This document shows positions 28,167-37,160 of a DNA stretch of 64,000 bases, piece by piece. Under the pieces are notes generated by a model. That model ran no database searches. It was given only the letters and a program-made list of their open reading frames with translations, and was not told where the DNA came from. This DNA comes from Vulcanimicrobiota bacterium (GTDB lineage Bacteria; Vulcanimicrobiota; Xenobia; Xenobiales; JADMJV01): positions 776,008 through 840,007 of the forward strand of contig JBFWNU010000001.1 of assembly GCA_050250895.1 (NCBI GenBank), read 5' to 3'. A program made the translations under genes and the position numbers. Within the stretch, counting starts at the first letter, position 1, and the number at the start of each line of letters is the position of its first letter.

Positions 28167-29390
28167 CTAGTGGGCCCGATAGAACCCGGCCGCGGCGACG
28201 GTGACCGTCGACGTGTTGCCGGGTTCATTGCATTGCTGATAGCCATGCAGGTGTCCGGGTGTCCGCAGGCCCTCTAACAGAGTGTAGATAGCCGAAGTGC
28301 CACAGTAGCCACGTTGCCCTTTGTCGGCCTGCAAGGTAGAGAAAAAGCCCAGCGCGTCGCAACCCGCCGCCCGTGTCATGGTCTCGAGATCACGCCGTTC
28401 GAGGTCGGCCAACTGCTCGTCACTGAGAGGATCTCCGCCGAAGGTCACCCCCATATGGGCGAGATCGGCCCCGGCGATCAGGAAAGCGTCGTCGCGCTCG
28501 CGCAAGATGGCCTTCAATCCTTGGAAAAAGCTCGCCACGCCGGGGATGGTCTCGGGAGAACCGCCGTCAAGCAGTGGGCGGTGGAAGGAGCCGCACAAGA
28601 CCGGTAACAGCCGCAGCTGTCCCGCCCTGGGGTACAGATGCTTGAGAAATACCGCCTGAAATTCGACCGAGTGCTCTCCGAAATGGTTGAATTCGTCGCG
28701 GAAGGGGTCGAAATCACAAGCTGCCGCCAACTGCTCGACCAGAGCGACGTCGGTCGGGACGGGCCCCAGCGGGGTATCGAAATCCTTGCGGGTGAGCACG
28801 AACGGGCTGCGGGCTGGGGCATGCGAGATGCCCAACACGATGGCCGTCATGGTCTCGGGCAACCGCTGACGCAGCTCCCCATAAGACCAGGCATAGGAGC
28901 GGTCGCCTCGACGCAGGTCGATATGGGGGCAGATCATCCCCACCAATCGTTGCTCCATCCGCACCTGAGGAGCGTCTTCCAGGGCCAGAATTCCGTCGAG
29001 AAAGGAGCGAAGCGCGTCCGGATCGTCAGGGTAAGCCGTGCCAGCATGAGCAGCCGGGCGGCGAGCGAAGCCGTCCAGCACCCCCCGCGAGCGGGGATTG
29101 TCCAGCACACAATGGGCGTCGAGCTGGCCCAACAGCGAATCCAGGGCTTCGGCCGGCAAGCTCACGCCGGTGTCTTTACGAAAGTCGTCGAGAATCTCGG
29201 AGCGGGTGCGACTGCCGTCCAGAAAACGCATCAAAAAATAGGCTACCGGCTGCAGCACCACTACCCCCTCCGCCAGACGGGCCGTATCGCGCAAGGCCAC
29301 TAGAGTCTGGCCCTCATGTTCGAAGGGAATGGGCTCCAGCAAACGTACCAACGGTTTGTCCATACGGTCCAGTTCCAAGCATGAAGCCAA
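28167..29390 (-). CDS. amrB: AmmeMemoRadiSam system protein B (MEMO1 family) with N-terminal PqqD-like extension
   Basis: PAAHAGTAYP, CPHID, GISH, FDTPLG, EHSVEFQ, ADLAHMG; start uncertain (29390, 29378 or 29363). Confidence 0.88.
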   Translation of the reverse strand: MASCLELDRMDKPLVRLLEPIPFEHEGQTLVALRDTARLAEGVVVLQPVAYFLMRFLDGSRTRSEILDDFRKDTGVSLPAEALDSLLGQLDAHCVLDNPRSRGVLDGFARRPAAHAGTAYPDDPDALRSFLDGILALEDAPQVRMEQRLVGMICPHIDLRRGDRSYAWSYGELRQRLPETMTAIVLGISHAPARSPFVLTRKDFDTPLGPVPTDVALVEQLAAACDFDPFRDEFNHFGEHSVEFQAVFLKHLYPRAGQLRLLPVLCGSFHRPLLDGGSPETIPGVASFFQGLKAILRERDDAFLIAGADLAHMGVTFGGDPLSDEQLADLERRDLETMTRAAGCDALGFFSTLQADKGQRGYCGTSAIYTLLEGLRTPGHLHGYQQCNEPGNTSTVTVAAAGFYRAH

Positions 29391-29510
29391 CCTCCTCCGC
29401 CCTGGAAAGAGGGCTTTCGGGTTTGAAGGAACTCATGGCAGGGAATCGAATAGCCTCGGCAAAATGCTACGTTGGATAGTATTCAATTTCCAATAAAGGA
29501 GGTGAATCGG

Positions 29511-29927
29511 ATGAAGAAGCTGGTGAATCTAGTGCTAGCAGCTGTTATGGTAGCGAGTCTCTTCGGTGTGGCAACCGCAGACGAACACAACGACGTGCCT
29601 AACTATCAGCAGTTCAAAGGCTCTTGGTATTACCCGTGGATCGGCCCCGGTAACGATGAATATGGTAACCCTAGTATGGGAACCGGTTTCGCTCAGAAGG
29701 CTTCGGGCGAGGTTATCTACCTCGACTCGACCCGCATGCTGATCGAAGCAGATGGTAGCGGAGACATGATGACTTTCTACCTGTACCCCGGCATCACAAT
29801 GTACACTCCCTCGCTCGAGGGCGTACGTGTCGGATCGAAGGTGAAAGTGAAATCTGACGACGTTAGCCGCGCTCGTACCGTGCATGTAGTTCCTTTCTAC
29901 ATGTGGCTCGCCGAGCAGACCAACTAG
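29511..29927 (+). CDS. Secreted hypothetical protein (OB-fold-like C-terminus)
   Basis: AAGGAGGTGA RBS; Sec signal MKKLVNLVLAAVMVASLFGVATA; own terminator. Confidence 0.8.
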   Translation: MKKLVNLVLAAVMVASLFGVATADEHNDVPNYQQFKGSWYYPWIGPGNDEYGNPSMGTGFAQKASGEVIYLDSTRMLIEADGSGDMMTFYLYPGITMYTPSLEGVRVGSKVKVKSDDVSRARTVHVVPFYMWLAEQTN

Positions 29928-29946
29928 GGTCCGCTTCACGGTCTGA

Positions 29947-29978
29947 CAGGCTCCGGTTTCGGAGCCTGTTTTCTTTTT
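29947..29978 (+). terminator. Intrinsic terminator
   Basis: acaggctccg-gttt-cggagcctgt followed by tttcttttt. Confidence 0.85.
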
Positions 29979-29983
29979 GGCGA

Positions 29984-31906
29984 CTACTGCAGAGGAATCA
30001 CTCGCTCGCTTACATCGTCGGTGCGCGGCGGGGCCGGTGGCCTGGCGACGCGGGCGGCGTACCAGGTCGAGAGCACGGCCAGACCCCAAAGTTCAGGTCC
30101 ATAGGCCCGCTCTCCGGCCAGTGTGTCATTGAGAGCGGCCTGAATCTTGTCCAGGTCGAGTACGCCCACTTTATTCAGTTCGCTCGGCGAGAGGGCGTCG
30201 CGGATCGGCTCGGCCTCAGGCGAGAGCAGCCAGGCGTGCACCGGAAAACCCAATCCTAAGCGGGCACCCGAGGCCACCGATTTGCCGAAGATAGCCTGGG
30301 CTCTAGAGCGCAGCAGCGTCTTACCCCGGCCCCCCCAATGAGCTTTGTAACTGTCGGGCAAGGCCAGCGCCCAGCTGGCCAGCTCGTGATAGAGAAAGGG
30401 ATTGCGCGTCTCGACCCCGGCCGCCATACCGAGGTGGTCCGAGCGGGCTAGCACATCGTTCGGCAGATAATCCTCCAGGTCGGCCTTCTGCAGGTCGAGC
30501 AGGGTCAGACGATTAGGGTCGAGTTCGAGGGTCTTGACCACCAGCGCCTCGCCCACCGGTTGGCGGGCGCCGCCGGCCACCATGGTAGCCGCCTGAGCGG
30601 GCAACCAGCTGCCCCGCCAAGTATAGTGGGCCAGACCGCTCTCGAGGGGGGCAGCCCTGAGAAAGCGGGCCAGCCGAAACAGCCAGGTCACCCGGCCCGA
30701 CTTGAGCCGATGGCGGCCTGCCCAATCCGCTGCCTGGCGCCGCAGGCGGACTGGCAGGCGGCAAACCAGCCGCTTGTGAAGCAGGGTGGCCCAATAACGT
30801 GGACTGCCCGCAAACAGCTCGTCGGCCCCGTCGCCACTGAGGACGACCTTGTGAGTGTCGGCGGCCAGTTTGGAGAGCATGAAGAAGGCCAGGGCTGAAG
30901 GGTCGGCCAGCGGCTCATCAGCGAATTCGACCAGGGCCGGAAAATATTCCAGCATTTTGGGCGTCATGGTCAGGGTCTCGAGCTTAAGACCCAGGTGGCG
31001 ACAAACTTCCTTGACCGCCCGCTTGCGGCTGAACCCCGGCTCTTCAAAGTCGAGAAAAAAAGCTTGATTGAGACGGCCCTGCCGGGCTCCCGATTCGGCC
31101 ACCAGCGCCGAATCCACCCCGCCGGAGAGCAAAATTCCCAACGGAACATCGCACTGCAAGGCGCCGCTGACGCCCCGGTCGAGCAGCGTGCCCAGTTGTT
31201 CGAGAGTCGCCTGGGGCTCGGCTTGAGTGCAAGCTTCTTGGGGCGGCTGGTAATAGGTGCCTTGCTCGACCGTGGCCCCAACCTTGAGCCACTGTCCGGG
31301 CCCTAAGCGTTCGATCCCTTCCAGCAACGTGCGGGTGCCCGGCACGTAGTTGAGGGTAAGAAAGCCTCCCAGACCCTCCAGATCAAGCTGCCGAGGCAGC
31401 TCGGGGAGGGCGGCCAGCGGTCGCAACTCCGACGCGAACGCCAAATAGTCGGGTCCTTTCCAGAAGAGCAAGGGCTTCTGACCGAAGCGGTCGCGCACCA
31501 GCAGCAACTCCTGACTCTGACGGTCAATTAGCGCGAAGGCGAACATCCCCTCCAGCCGGCGGGCCAGCCCCTCGCCCCAGGCCAGATAGCCGTGCAACAG
31601 CACCTCGGCGTCTGAATCGGTGTGAAAGCGAAAGCCATCGCGCTCGAGTTCTCGCTTGAGTTCGATGTGGTTATAGATAGCTCCGTCGCAAACCAACACC
31701 AGCCGGCCATCGGCGGTAGCCATCGGTTGCTGACCCCGCGGACCACCGACCGTGATTAGTCGGCGATGACCTAGAAAACAGCCGCCGTCGGACCACCAGG
31801 CCCCTTCGTCAGGACCGCGGTGGCGCAGGTGATTGACCAGGGCAGGCCAGAGTTGGCGGTGAGGTGCCTGGCCCTTACTCGAATACAAACCCACAATCCC
31901 AGACAT
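29984..31906 (-). CDS. asnB: AsnB-family amidotransferase/amide synthase with Cys2 replaced by Ser
   Basis: HRGPD, LGHRRL, IYNHIEL, RDRFGQKPL, LSGGVDS, SGDGADELFAG; N-terminus MSGIVG. Confidence 0.88.
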   Translation of the reverse strand: MSGIVGLYSSKGQAPHRQLWPALVNHLRHRGPDEGAWWSDGGCFLGHRRLITVGGPRGQQPMATADGRLVLVCDGAIYNHIELKRELERDGFRFHTDSDAEVLLHGYLAWGEGLARRLEGMFAFALIDRQSQELLLVRDRFGQKPLLFWKGPDYLAFASELRPLAALPELPRQLDLEGLGGFLTLNYVPGTRTLLEGIERLGPGQWLKVGATVEQGTYYQPPQEACTQAEPQATLEQLGTLLDRGVSGALQCDVPLGILLSGGVDSALVAESGARQGRLNQAFFLDFEEPGFSRKRAVKEVCRHLGLKLETLTMTPKMLEYFPALVEFADEPLADPSALAFFMLSKLAADTHKVVLSGDGADELFAGSPRYWATLLHKRLVCRLPVRLRRQAADWAGRHRLKSGRVTWLFRLARFLRAAPLESGLAHYTWRGSWLPAQAATMVAGGARQPVGEALVVKTLELDPNRLTLLDLQKADLEDYLPNDVLARSDHLGMAAGVETRNPFLYHELASWALALPDSYKAHWGGRGKTLLRSRAQAIFGKSVASGARLGLGFPVHAWLLSPEAEPIRDALSPSELNKVGVLDLDKIQAALNDTLAGERAYGPELWGLAVLSTWYAARVARPPAPPRTDDVSERVIPLQ

Positions 31907-31924
31907 CCCGTGGGCTTCGACATT

Positions 31925-33037
31925 CTACCAGCTACCACCCGCGCCCCCACCCGAGGAACTACCTCCGCCGAAGCTCGACGAACTGCTGGAGCTAAACCCG
32001 GAACTCGAGGAAGTGGTGCTTTGGGTTTTCTGGGGAATGGTGTAGGTTTCGGAGCGTCGACGGCCACAATGGCGGCAGTAATAATCTCTTCGACCGTGGC
32101 CGGAAGAGTAGTAGGTGGCATGCGACAGGACTACGTCCCCGGTACATTCCTCGCACCGATAAGAGCACGAAGAACACCGCCGAAAACCGGAGAACCATGC
32201 CGAGTAGGCCACCACCTTCTGCCGGTCGCAGGCTCGACAGATCCACACGTCATAGTCGACGCTGCCGAGCCCCTCTTCGTCGATCTGCCCGGCCGCCAGA
32301 AACTCGTCGTCTTCGGACTCGCCCAGACGCATCATCTCGAGGTGACAACCCGGACAACGGCGAGGCCTGTTGCGCAGATACCGCCGAAAAATCAGGATCA
32401 AGATCAACACCAGCACGGCCGCGCCCACATATAGGGCATACGGCGGGTCCGGCGGCGGACTGTAGGGCCGGCTGGCCGGGCGGACCGGTCGGGGCGCGCT
32501 CAGGGGCTGGGCCGCGGCCACCGGTTCTGGGGGTGCAGCCGCGTAATCCACCGGCTCCAGCTGGTCGGCGCAGGCGACCACCGCCGCCACCACGCCGTCG
32601 CCCGGTTTGCCCTGCTTGAAGTAGGGGATCACGTTGGCCTGCAAAATCTGGCTGCAGTCGGCATCGGTCAGATAACGATTGGCCCCGGTGCCGACTTCGA
32701 TCTCGATGCGGCGCTGGCCCATGACGACCAGAATCAGCACGCCGCTATTGTCCTCCGAGTCGCCCACTCCCCAGCGATTGAAGAGCTGGGTAGCATAGGC
32801 TTTGGGCTTCAAAGGGGTGGTATCGGCCACGGTGACCACCGCGATCTCGCTGCCGTTGGTGGCCTGCAACCGGTCGATGCGTTCGTTGATGGCCCTCGTT
32901 TGAGTCGGGGACAGGACGCTGGCCGTGTCCGAGACCCAGCTACCGTCGCGTTCGCGCGGGTTCGGCACTTCGCTGACGGGGATCGCCCAAACCACGAGAG
33001 AGCACAAGAGGAAAATCGCCCCAAGACATTTTTTCAC
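31925..33037 (-). CDS. TPM domain membrane protein with Cys-rich and Gly/Ser-rich C-terminus
   Basis: EIAVVTV, LFNRWGVG, GVLILV, RRIEIEVG; CxxC pairs; FGGGSSSGGGAGGSW. Confidence 0.9.
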   Translation of the reverse strand: MKKCLGAIFLLCSLVVWAIPVSEVPNPRERDGSWVSDTASVLSPTQTRAINERIDRLQATNGSEIAVVTVADTTPLKPKAYATQLFNRWGVGDSEDNSGVLILVVMGQRRIEIEVGTGANRYLTDADCSQILQANVIPYFKQGKPGDGVVAAVVACADQLEPVDYAAAPPEPVAAAQPLSAPRPVRPASRPYSPPPDPPYALYVGAAVLVLILILIFRRYLRNRPRRCPGCHLEMMRLGESEDDEFLAAGQIDEEGLGSVDYDVWICRACDRQKVVAYSAWFSGFRRCSSCSYRCEECTGDVVLSHATYYSSGHGRRDYYCRHCGRRRSETYTIPQKTQSTTSSSSGFSSSSSSSFGGGSSSGGGAGGSW

Positions 33038-33048
33038 ATAGACACTTT

Positions 33049-33297
33049 CTAGCTCGAAACGAGATCCCCTACGGGCGTCCACTCGGTGTCCACCTCAAAG
33101 ACCGGGCTAGGCGAGAGCAGGGCCACGATGGTGGGATGATCTTCCGTCACCAACTGGCGGCGCTGCGGCTCTTCTTCGACCCAGAGTTCGCCCTCGTCGG
33201 GATCTTCGAACGAATAGACCTCGCATAAAGGCTGGCCATTGAAGTCGCGGGCGGTAGTCGAGAAAAGATTTTCCAATCCGTAAACCACGGCCGGCAA
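33049..33297 (-). CDS. Small acidic hypothetical protein
   Basis: 82-aa ORF, TTG start with AAGGGA upstream. Confidence 0.5.
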   Translation of the reverse strand: MPAVVYGLENLFSTTARDFNGQPLCEVYSFEDPDEGELWVEEEPQRRQLVTEDHPTIVALLSPSPVFEVDTEWTPVGDLVSS

Positions 33298-33324
33298 GTT
33301 CCCTTCGGTCGGAACAACCCCTGC

Positions 33325-33399
33325 AAAAGAAAAAAGCCACCAGGTTTAGGTTAGCACGCGGAGAGAGGTTGGACCTGGTGACTTGGGTTATTTTGTTGT
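33325..33399 (-). ncRNA. Candidate small RNA or leader with CU-rich loop and intrinsic terminator
   Basis: TATTAT -10 at 33411-33406; stem gtcaccagg/cctggtggc, loop containing CCAACCUCUCUCCGC, then UUUUUUCUUUU. Confidence 0.45.
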
Positions 33400-33499
33400 G
33401 CTCAGATAATAACCATTCGAGCCGTCTCGAGGGCCTCCCTGAGGTTGCCAGATCGTATCCGTTGTTAACAATTCATGAAGTTGTGTTACACTGGACTGC

Positions 33500-33931
33500 G
33501 TGAAAAGCTGCGTCTTCTGCAAAATCCTCAACCAGGAATTGGCCGCCGACGTTGTCTATCGCGATGATTCGGCTCTCGTCTTTCTTGACCACCGCCCTCT
33601 CTTTCCAGGCCATCTGCTGGTCGTTCCCAGGCGTCATATCGAGACCCTGCCCGAACTGCCGGCCGCGGAGTTGCCTCGACTCTTTGCGGTGGTCCAGAAG
33701 ATGGCCGAAGCCGTTCCCATCGCCTGTCAGGCCCAGGGCACCTTCGTGGCCATGAACAATAAGGTCAGCCAGAGCGTACCCCACCTTCACGTGCATGTCG
33801 TGCCCCGCTCCAAGAAAGACGGATTGCGAGGTTTCTTCTGGCCGCGCAACCCCTACCGCGACGAACAACACCGGCTCGAGACGGCTCAGGCGATTCGCCA
33901 GACGCTCTCAAGCCTCGGCGTGCAGTCCTAG
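33500..33931 (+). CDS. HIT family nucleotide hydrolase
   Basis: CVFCKI, PGHLLVVPRRH, SQSVPHLHVHVVPR. Confidence 0.95.
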   Translation: MKSCVFCKILNQELAADVVYRDDSALVFLDHRPLFPGHLLVVPRRHIETLPELPAAELPRLFAVVQKMAEAVPIACQAQGTFVAMNNKVSQSVPHLHVHVVPRSKKDGLRGFFWPRNPYRDEQHRLETAQAIRQTLSSLGVQS

Positions 33932-34360
33932 CTTCTGGCACAGCTCGGACAGCTGCGCCCGTTCTTGCTCGCTGAGCACCGAAAAGCAATCCACCACGTG
34001 TTTGACGTGGCGAGGAAAGACCTCCTCGACCAGTTCTTTGCCCACCTCGGTAAGGTAGACCACGGTCAGGCGCCGTTCGCCCGGTGAGCGCTCCCGGCGG
34101 ATGAGCGCCTTGCGCTCGAGCCGGTTGAACAGCTCGTCCACCTCGAGTCCCAGGGCGAAAAGCTTGGGCCGCAGCTCATTTTCGATCATCGAGCCCAGGT
34201 GATAGAGGCTCTCGAGCACACCCAGTTGCGAGAGAGTCAAACCATAGCTCTCGAGATGGCGGCCCAGGTTCCAGCGCACCGCTCGAGTCGAGCGCATCAA
34301 CTTGATGTAGGTGTTGAGCGCGAGCTGTTCCTCGGGAGTTCCCTTATAGCGACTGCTCAT
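33908..34360 (-). CDS. MarR family transcriptional regulator
   Basis: LTLSQLGVLESLYHLG...RLERKALIRRERSPGERRLTVVYLTEVG; ATG 34360 overlaps the upstream stop. Confidence 0.9.
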   Translation of the reverse strand: MSSRYKGTPEEQLALNTYIKLMRSTRAVRWNLGRHLESYGLTLSQLGVLESLYHLGSMIENELRPKLFALGLEVDELFNRLERKALIRRERSPGERRLTVVYLTEVGKELVEEVFPRHVKHVVDCFSVLSEQERAQLSELCQKLGLHAEA

Positions 34361-35241
34361 GTCCTGGCCAACCTCTGGAACTGGCGGCTCGGCAGGTTCT
34401 TGCCCAGCACCCGGGCAATAAAGCGAGAGGCCTCGACTACCCGGTCGAGGTCGACCCCGTGCTCGAGCCGTGAGCGGGTGAGAAAATAGAGCAAATCTTC
34501 GGTAGCCAGATTCCCCGCCGCGCCAGGCGCATAAGGGCAACCACCCAGCCCACCGGCTGAGCTATCAAAACAGCGGATGCCCAGCCGCAAGCCGGCGTCG
34601 ACGTTAGCCAGGGCGGTCCCGTAGGTGTCGTGCAGATGAAGGGCCAGCTGGCCAGCCGGAATGGTTTCGAGCAGATGCCCCACCGTGTTCTCGATATCGC
34701 GCGGCACAGCCGCTCCGATGGTGTCGCCGATCGAGACCTCGTCGACGCCCAGATCCAACAGAGCCTGGCTCACTTCCCGCACCCGCTCGGCCCCGATCTC
34801 GCCTTCGTAGGGGCAGACGAAAGCGGTCGAGACATAACCTCGCACCGACAGACCTGCAGCCAGAGCCTGGCTCGTCACCTGCTCGAGTTCGACCAGGCTT
34901 TCGGCGATGGAACGGTTGGTATTCTGCTGCGAAAACGTCTCGCTGGCGGCAGTGAAAACAGCGATTCGTCTGGCCCCCACCTCGAGCGCTCGCTCAAGCC
35001 CTTTGCGATTAGGAACCAGACAGCTGTAAACCAGGTTCGGGCGCGGCTCGAGCAAGCCGAAGAGCTGGCCCGAGTCGGCCAATTGGGGCACCCATTTGGG
35101 ATGCACGAACGAAGTGACCTCGATGTCGGGCAAACCCGAGGCGGCCAGCAGGCCGATGAACTTGAGCTTATCGTTGGTCGAGATGGGAGTTGGCTCGTTC
35201 TGCAGACCGTCGCGAGGTCCGACCTCGACAATCTTAATCAT
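34357..35241 (-). CDS. liuE: Hydroxymethylglutaryl-CoA lyase
   Basis: EVGPRDGLQNE, GDTIG, LHLHDTYG, GGLGGCPYAPGAAGNLATED. Confidence 0.95.
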   Translation of the reverse strand: MIKIVEVGPRDGLQNEPTPISTNDKLKFIGLLAASGLPDIEVTSFVHPKWVPQLADSGQLFGLLEPRPNLVYSCLVPNRKGLERALEVGARRIAVFTAASETFSQQNTNRSIAESLVELEQVTSQALAAGLSVRGYVSTAFVCPYEGEIGAERVREVSQALLDLGVDEVSIGDTIGAAVPRDIENTVGHLLETIPAGQLALHLHDTYGTALANVDAGLRLGIRCFDSSAGGLGGCPYAPGAAGNLATEDLLYFLTRSRLEHGVDLDRVVEASRFIARVLGKNLPSRQFQRLART

Positions 35242-35725
35242 CCTCAGCCTCCAAACGCACCAACTCGTCGCCCAAAGCGACCATGACCCCGGCTTCACAG
35301 TTGACCCTGGCGACTGTCCCGGCGCGAGGCGAGGCGATGGTCAACTCCATCTTCATGGACTCCATCACCACCACCACCTGGCCGGCCTCGACTTCCTGGC
35401 CTGGCGTGACTCTAACCTCGAGGATCTTGCCCGGCATCGAGGCCTTCACCAGGTCGCCCCCGCCGGCTCCCAGGGCGCCCTGACTACGCCGAGCCGTGGT
35501 GGTCACCGGTTCGAAGGTATGAACCCGACCGGCCAGCCAGACCCAGACCTGCCGACCGTCGTGATAGACTCGATAGGGCAGGTTGCGACCTTTGAGCACA
35601 GCCACTCCGTCGAGCATGGAAAAGTCGAGAGTGCGTCCCTCGAGGGTGGCCCGGTAACCCTCTTTGGTGGCCTCGAGCACCACCTCTTGCTCGACCTCGT
35701 CGTGGGAATAGCGAAAGCGTTTCAA
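35234..35725 (-). CDS. Biotin carboxyl carrier subunit (BT + BCCP) of acyl-CoA carboxylase
   Basis: ASMPGKI...MESMKME biotinylation motif; TTG start overlapping upstream TGA with GGAGGA RBS. Confidence 0.88.
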   Translation of the reverse strand: MKRFRYSHDEVEQEVVLEATKEGYRATLEGRTLDFSMLDGVAVLKGRNLPYRVYHDGRQVWVWLAGRVHTFEPVTTTARRSQGALGAGGGDLVKASMPGKILEVRVTPGQEVEAGQVVVVMESMKMELTIASPRAGTVARVNCEAGVMVALGDELVRLEAEDD

Positions 35726-37158
35726 ACGTTCCTCCAGGGACCCATTTCGACCCAGGGGCCGGCGGCTCGTGCGACGGTGGCCGCGTCGGGGCGAGCCTGG
35801 CTCAGTCCGGCCAAGGCGGCAGCCAACAGAGGGGCCGGGCCGGAGGCCGGCATCTGATGCTCGGTCAAGAAGTGAGTGTGGGTGTTGCCGGCCTCGAACT
35901 CGGGATGAGCCAGCACCTCGGCCAGAAACTCGAGATTGGTGGTCACTCCCAACACCACAAAGTGGCGCAGAGCCCAGAGCATCTTTTGCAGAGCCGCCGA
36001 GCGGGTCTCGCCCCACACGATCAACTTGGCCAGCATGGGATCGAAATGGACGGTGACCTGCGAGCCTTGTTCGACACCGCTATCGAGCCGGATACCGGCT
36101 GCCTGGGGTGGCTCGAAGACCCCCAGGGTGCCGATGGACGGCATGAAGTTATTGGCGGGATCCTCGGCGTAGAGGCGACACTCGATGGCCCAGCCGCGCG
36201 GACTCAAGTCTGCTTGGGTAAAGCCCAGGGGCTGGCCGTTGGCCACTTCGAGCTGGAGCCGGACCAGGTCCTTGGCGTAGACCAGCTCGGTGACCGGATG
36301 CTCGACTTGAAGCCGCGTATTTACCTCGAGAAAATAGAAAGAGCCGTCTTCGCCCAGAATGAACTCGACGGTCCCGGCGTTGGTGTAGCCGATGGCCTGG
36401 GCGGCCGCCACCGCCGCCTCGCCCATGCGCTGGCGCAACTCGGGGGTCATGACCGGGCTGGGCGACTCTTCGATGATCTTCTGGTAGCGCCGTTGAATCG
36501 AGCACTCTCGCTCGCCCAGGTGCACCACCTGACCGTGTTCGTCGCCAAAAATCTGAAACTCGACATGGCGCGGTTTTTCGATGTAACGCTCGAGAAAGAC
36601 CCGGTCGTCGCCAAAGGCCTTCAGCGCTTCACCCTGGGCCCGCGAGACCGAGTCGGCCAGCTGCTCGGGGCGGTCGACCCGTCGCATACCCTTGCCGCCC
36701 CCGCCGGCGGCTGCCTTCACCAGCAGAGGAAAGCCCACGCTCTCGGCGCCGGCGGCAACCTCTTCGAGGGGCCCCGACCAGCTCGGCACCACCGGCACGC
36801 CGGCGGCACGCATGGTCTCTTTGGCCACCAGTTTGTCGCCCATGGACTCGATGGCGGACACGGGGGGGCCCACGAATTTGACCCCGGCCTCGGCACAGGC
36901 CCGGGCGAAGTCGGCGTTCTCGGAAAGAAAACCATAGCCGGGATGCAAGGCGTCGATGGAGTGCTCTTTGGTCAGAGCCAGAATCGCCTTCCAGTCGAGA
37001 TAACTATCGATGGGGTAAGCCTCGTCAGCCAGGCGACGATGGAGACTATGAGCGTCGGGAGGAGTGTAGACCGCGCAGGCCGTCAAACCCATCTCTTGCA
37101 AGGTGCGCGTCACGCGCACGGCGATCTCGCCTCGGTTGGCAATCAGCACTCGCTTCAT
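35722..37158 (-). CDS. liuD: Biotin carboxylase subunit, probably of methylcrotonyl-CoA carboxylase
   Basis: LIANRGEIA, HPGYGFLSEN, GGGGKGMR, RECSIQRR, FLEVNTRLQVEHPVTE. Confidence 0.92.
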   Translation of the reverse strand: MKRVLIANRGEIAVRVTRTLQEMGLTACAVYTPPDAHSLHRRLADEAYPIDSYLDWKAILALTKEHSIDALHPGYGFLSENADFARACAEAGVKFVGPPVSAIESMGDKLVAKETMRAAGVPVVPSWSGPLEEVAAGAESVGFPLLVKAAAGGGGKGMRRVDRPEQLADSVSRAQGEALKAFGDDRVFLERYIEKPRHVEFQIFGDEHGQVVHLGERECSIQRRYQKIIEESPSPVMTPELRQRMGEAAVAAAQAIGYTNAGTVEFILGEDGSFYFLEVNTRLQVEHPVTELVYAKDLVRLQLEVANGQPLGFTQADLSPRGWAIECRLYAEDPANNFMPSIGTLGVFEPPQAAGIRLDSGVEQGSQVTVHFDPMLAKLIVWGETRSAALQKMLWALRHFVVLGVTTNLEFLAEVLAHPEFEAGNTHTHFLTEHQMPASGPAPLLAAALAGLSQARPDAATVARAAGPWVEMGPWRNV

Positions 37159-37160
37159 GG

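Noticed and set aside
29984-33297. Lasso peptide cluster around the Cys-less AsnB
   Set aside because: No precursor peptide or transglutaminase-like B protein adjacent, and the full-length Ntn domain is retained.
35722-35725. Frameshift splitting the methylcrotonyl-CoA carboxylase alpha subunit
   Set aside because: The downstream part has its own GGAGGA RBS and a TTG overlapping the TGA, typical translational coupling, so it is a genuine two-gene arrangement.
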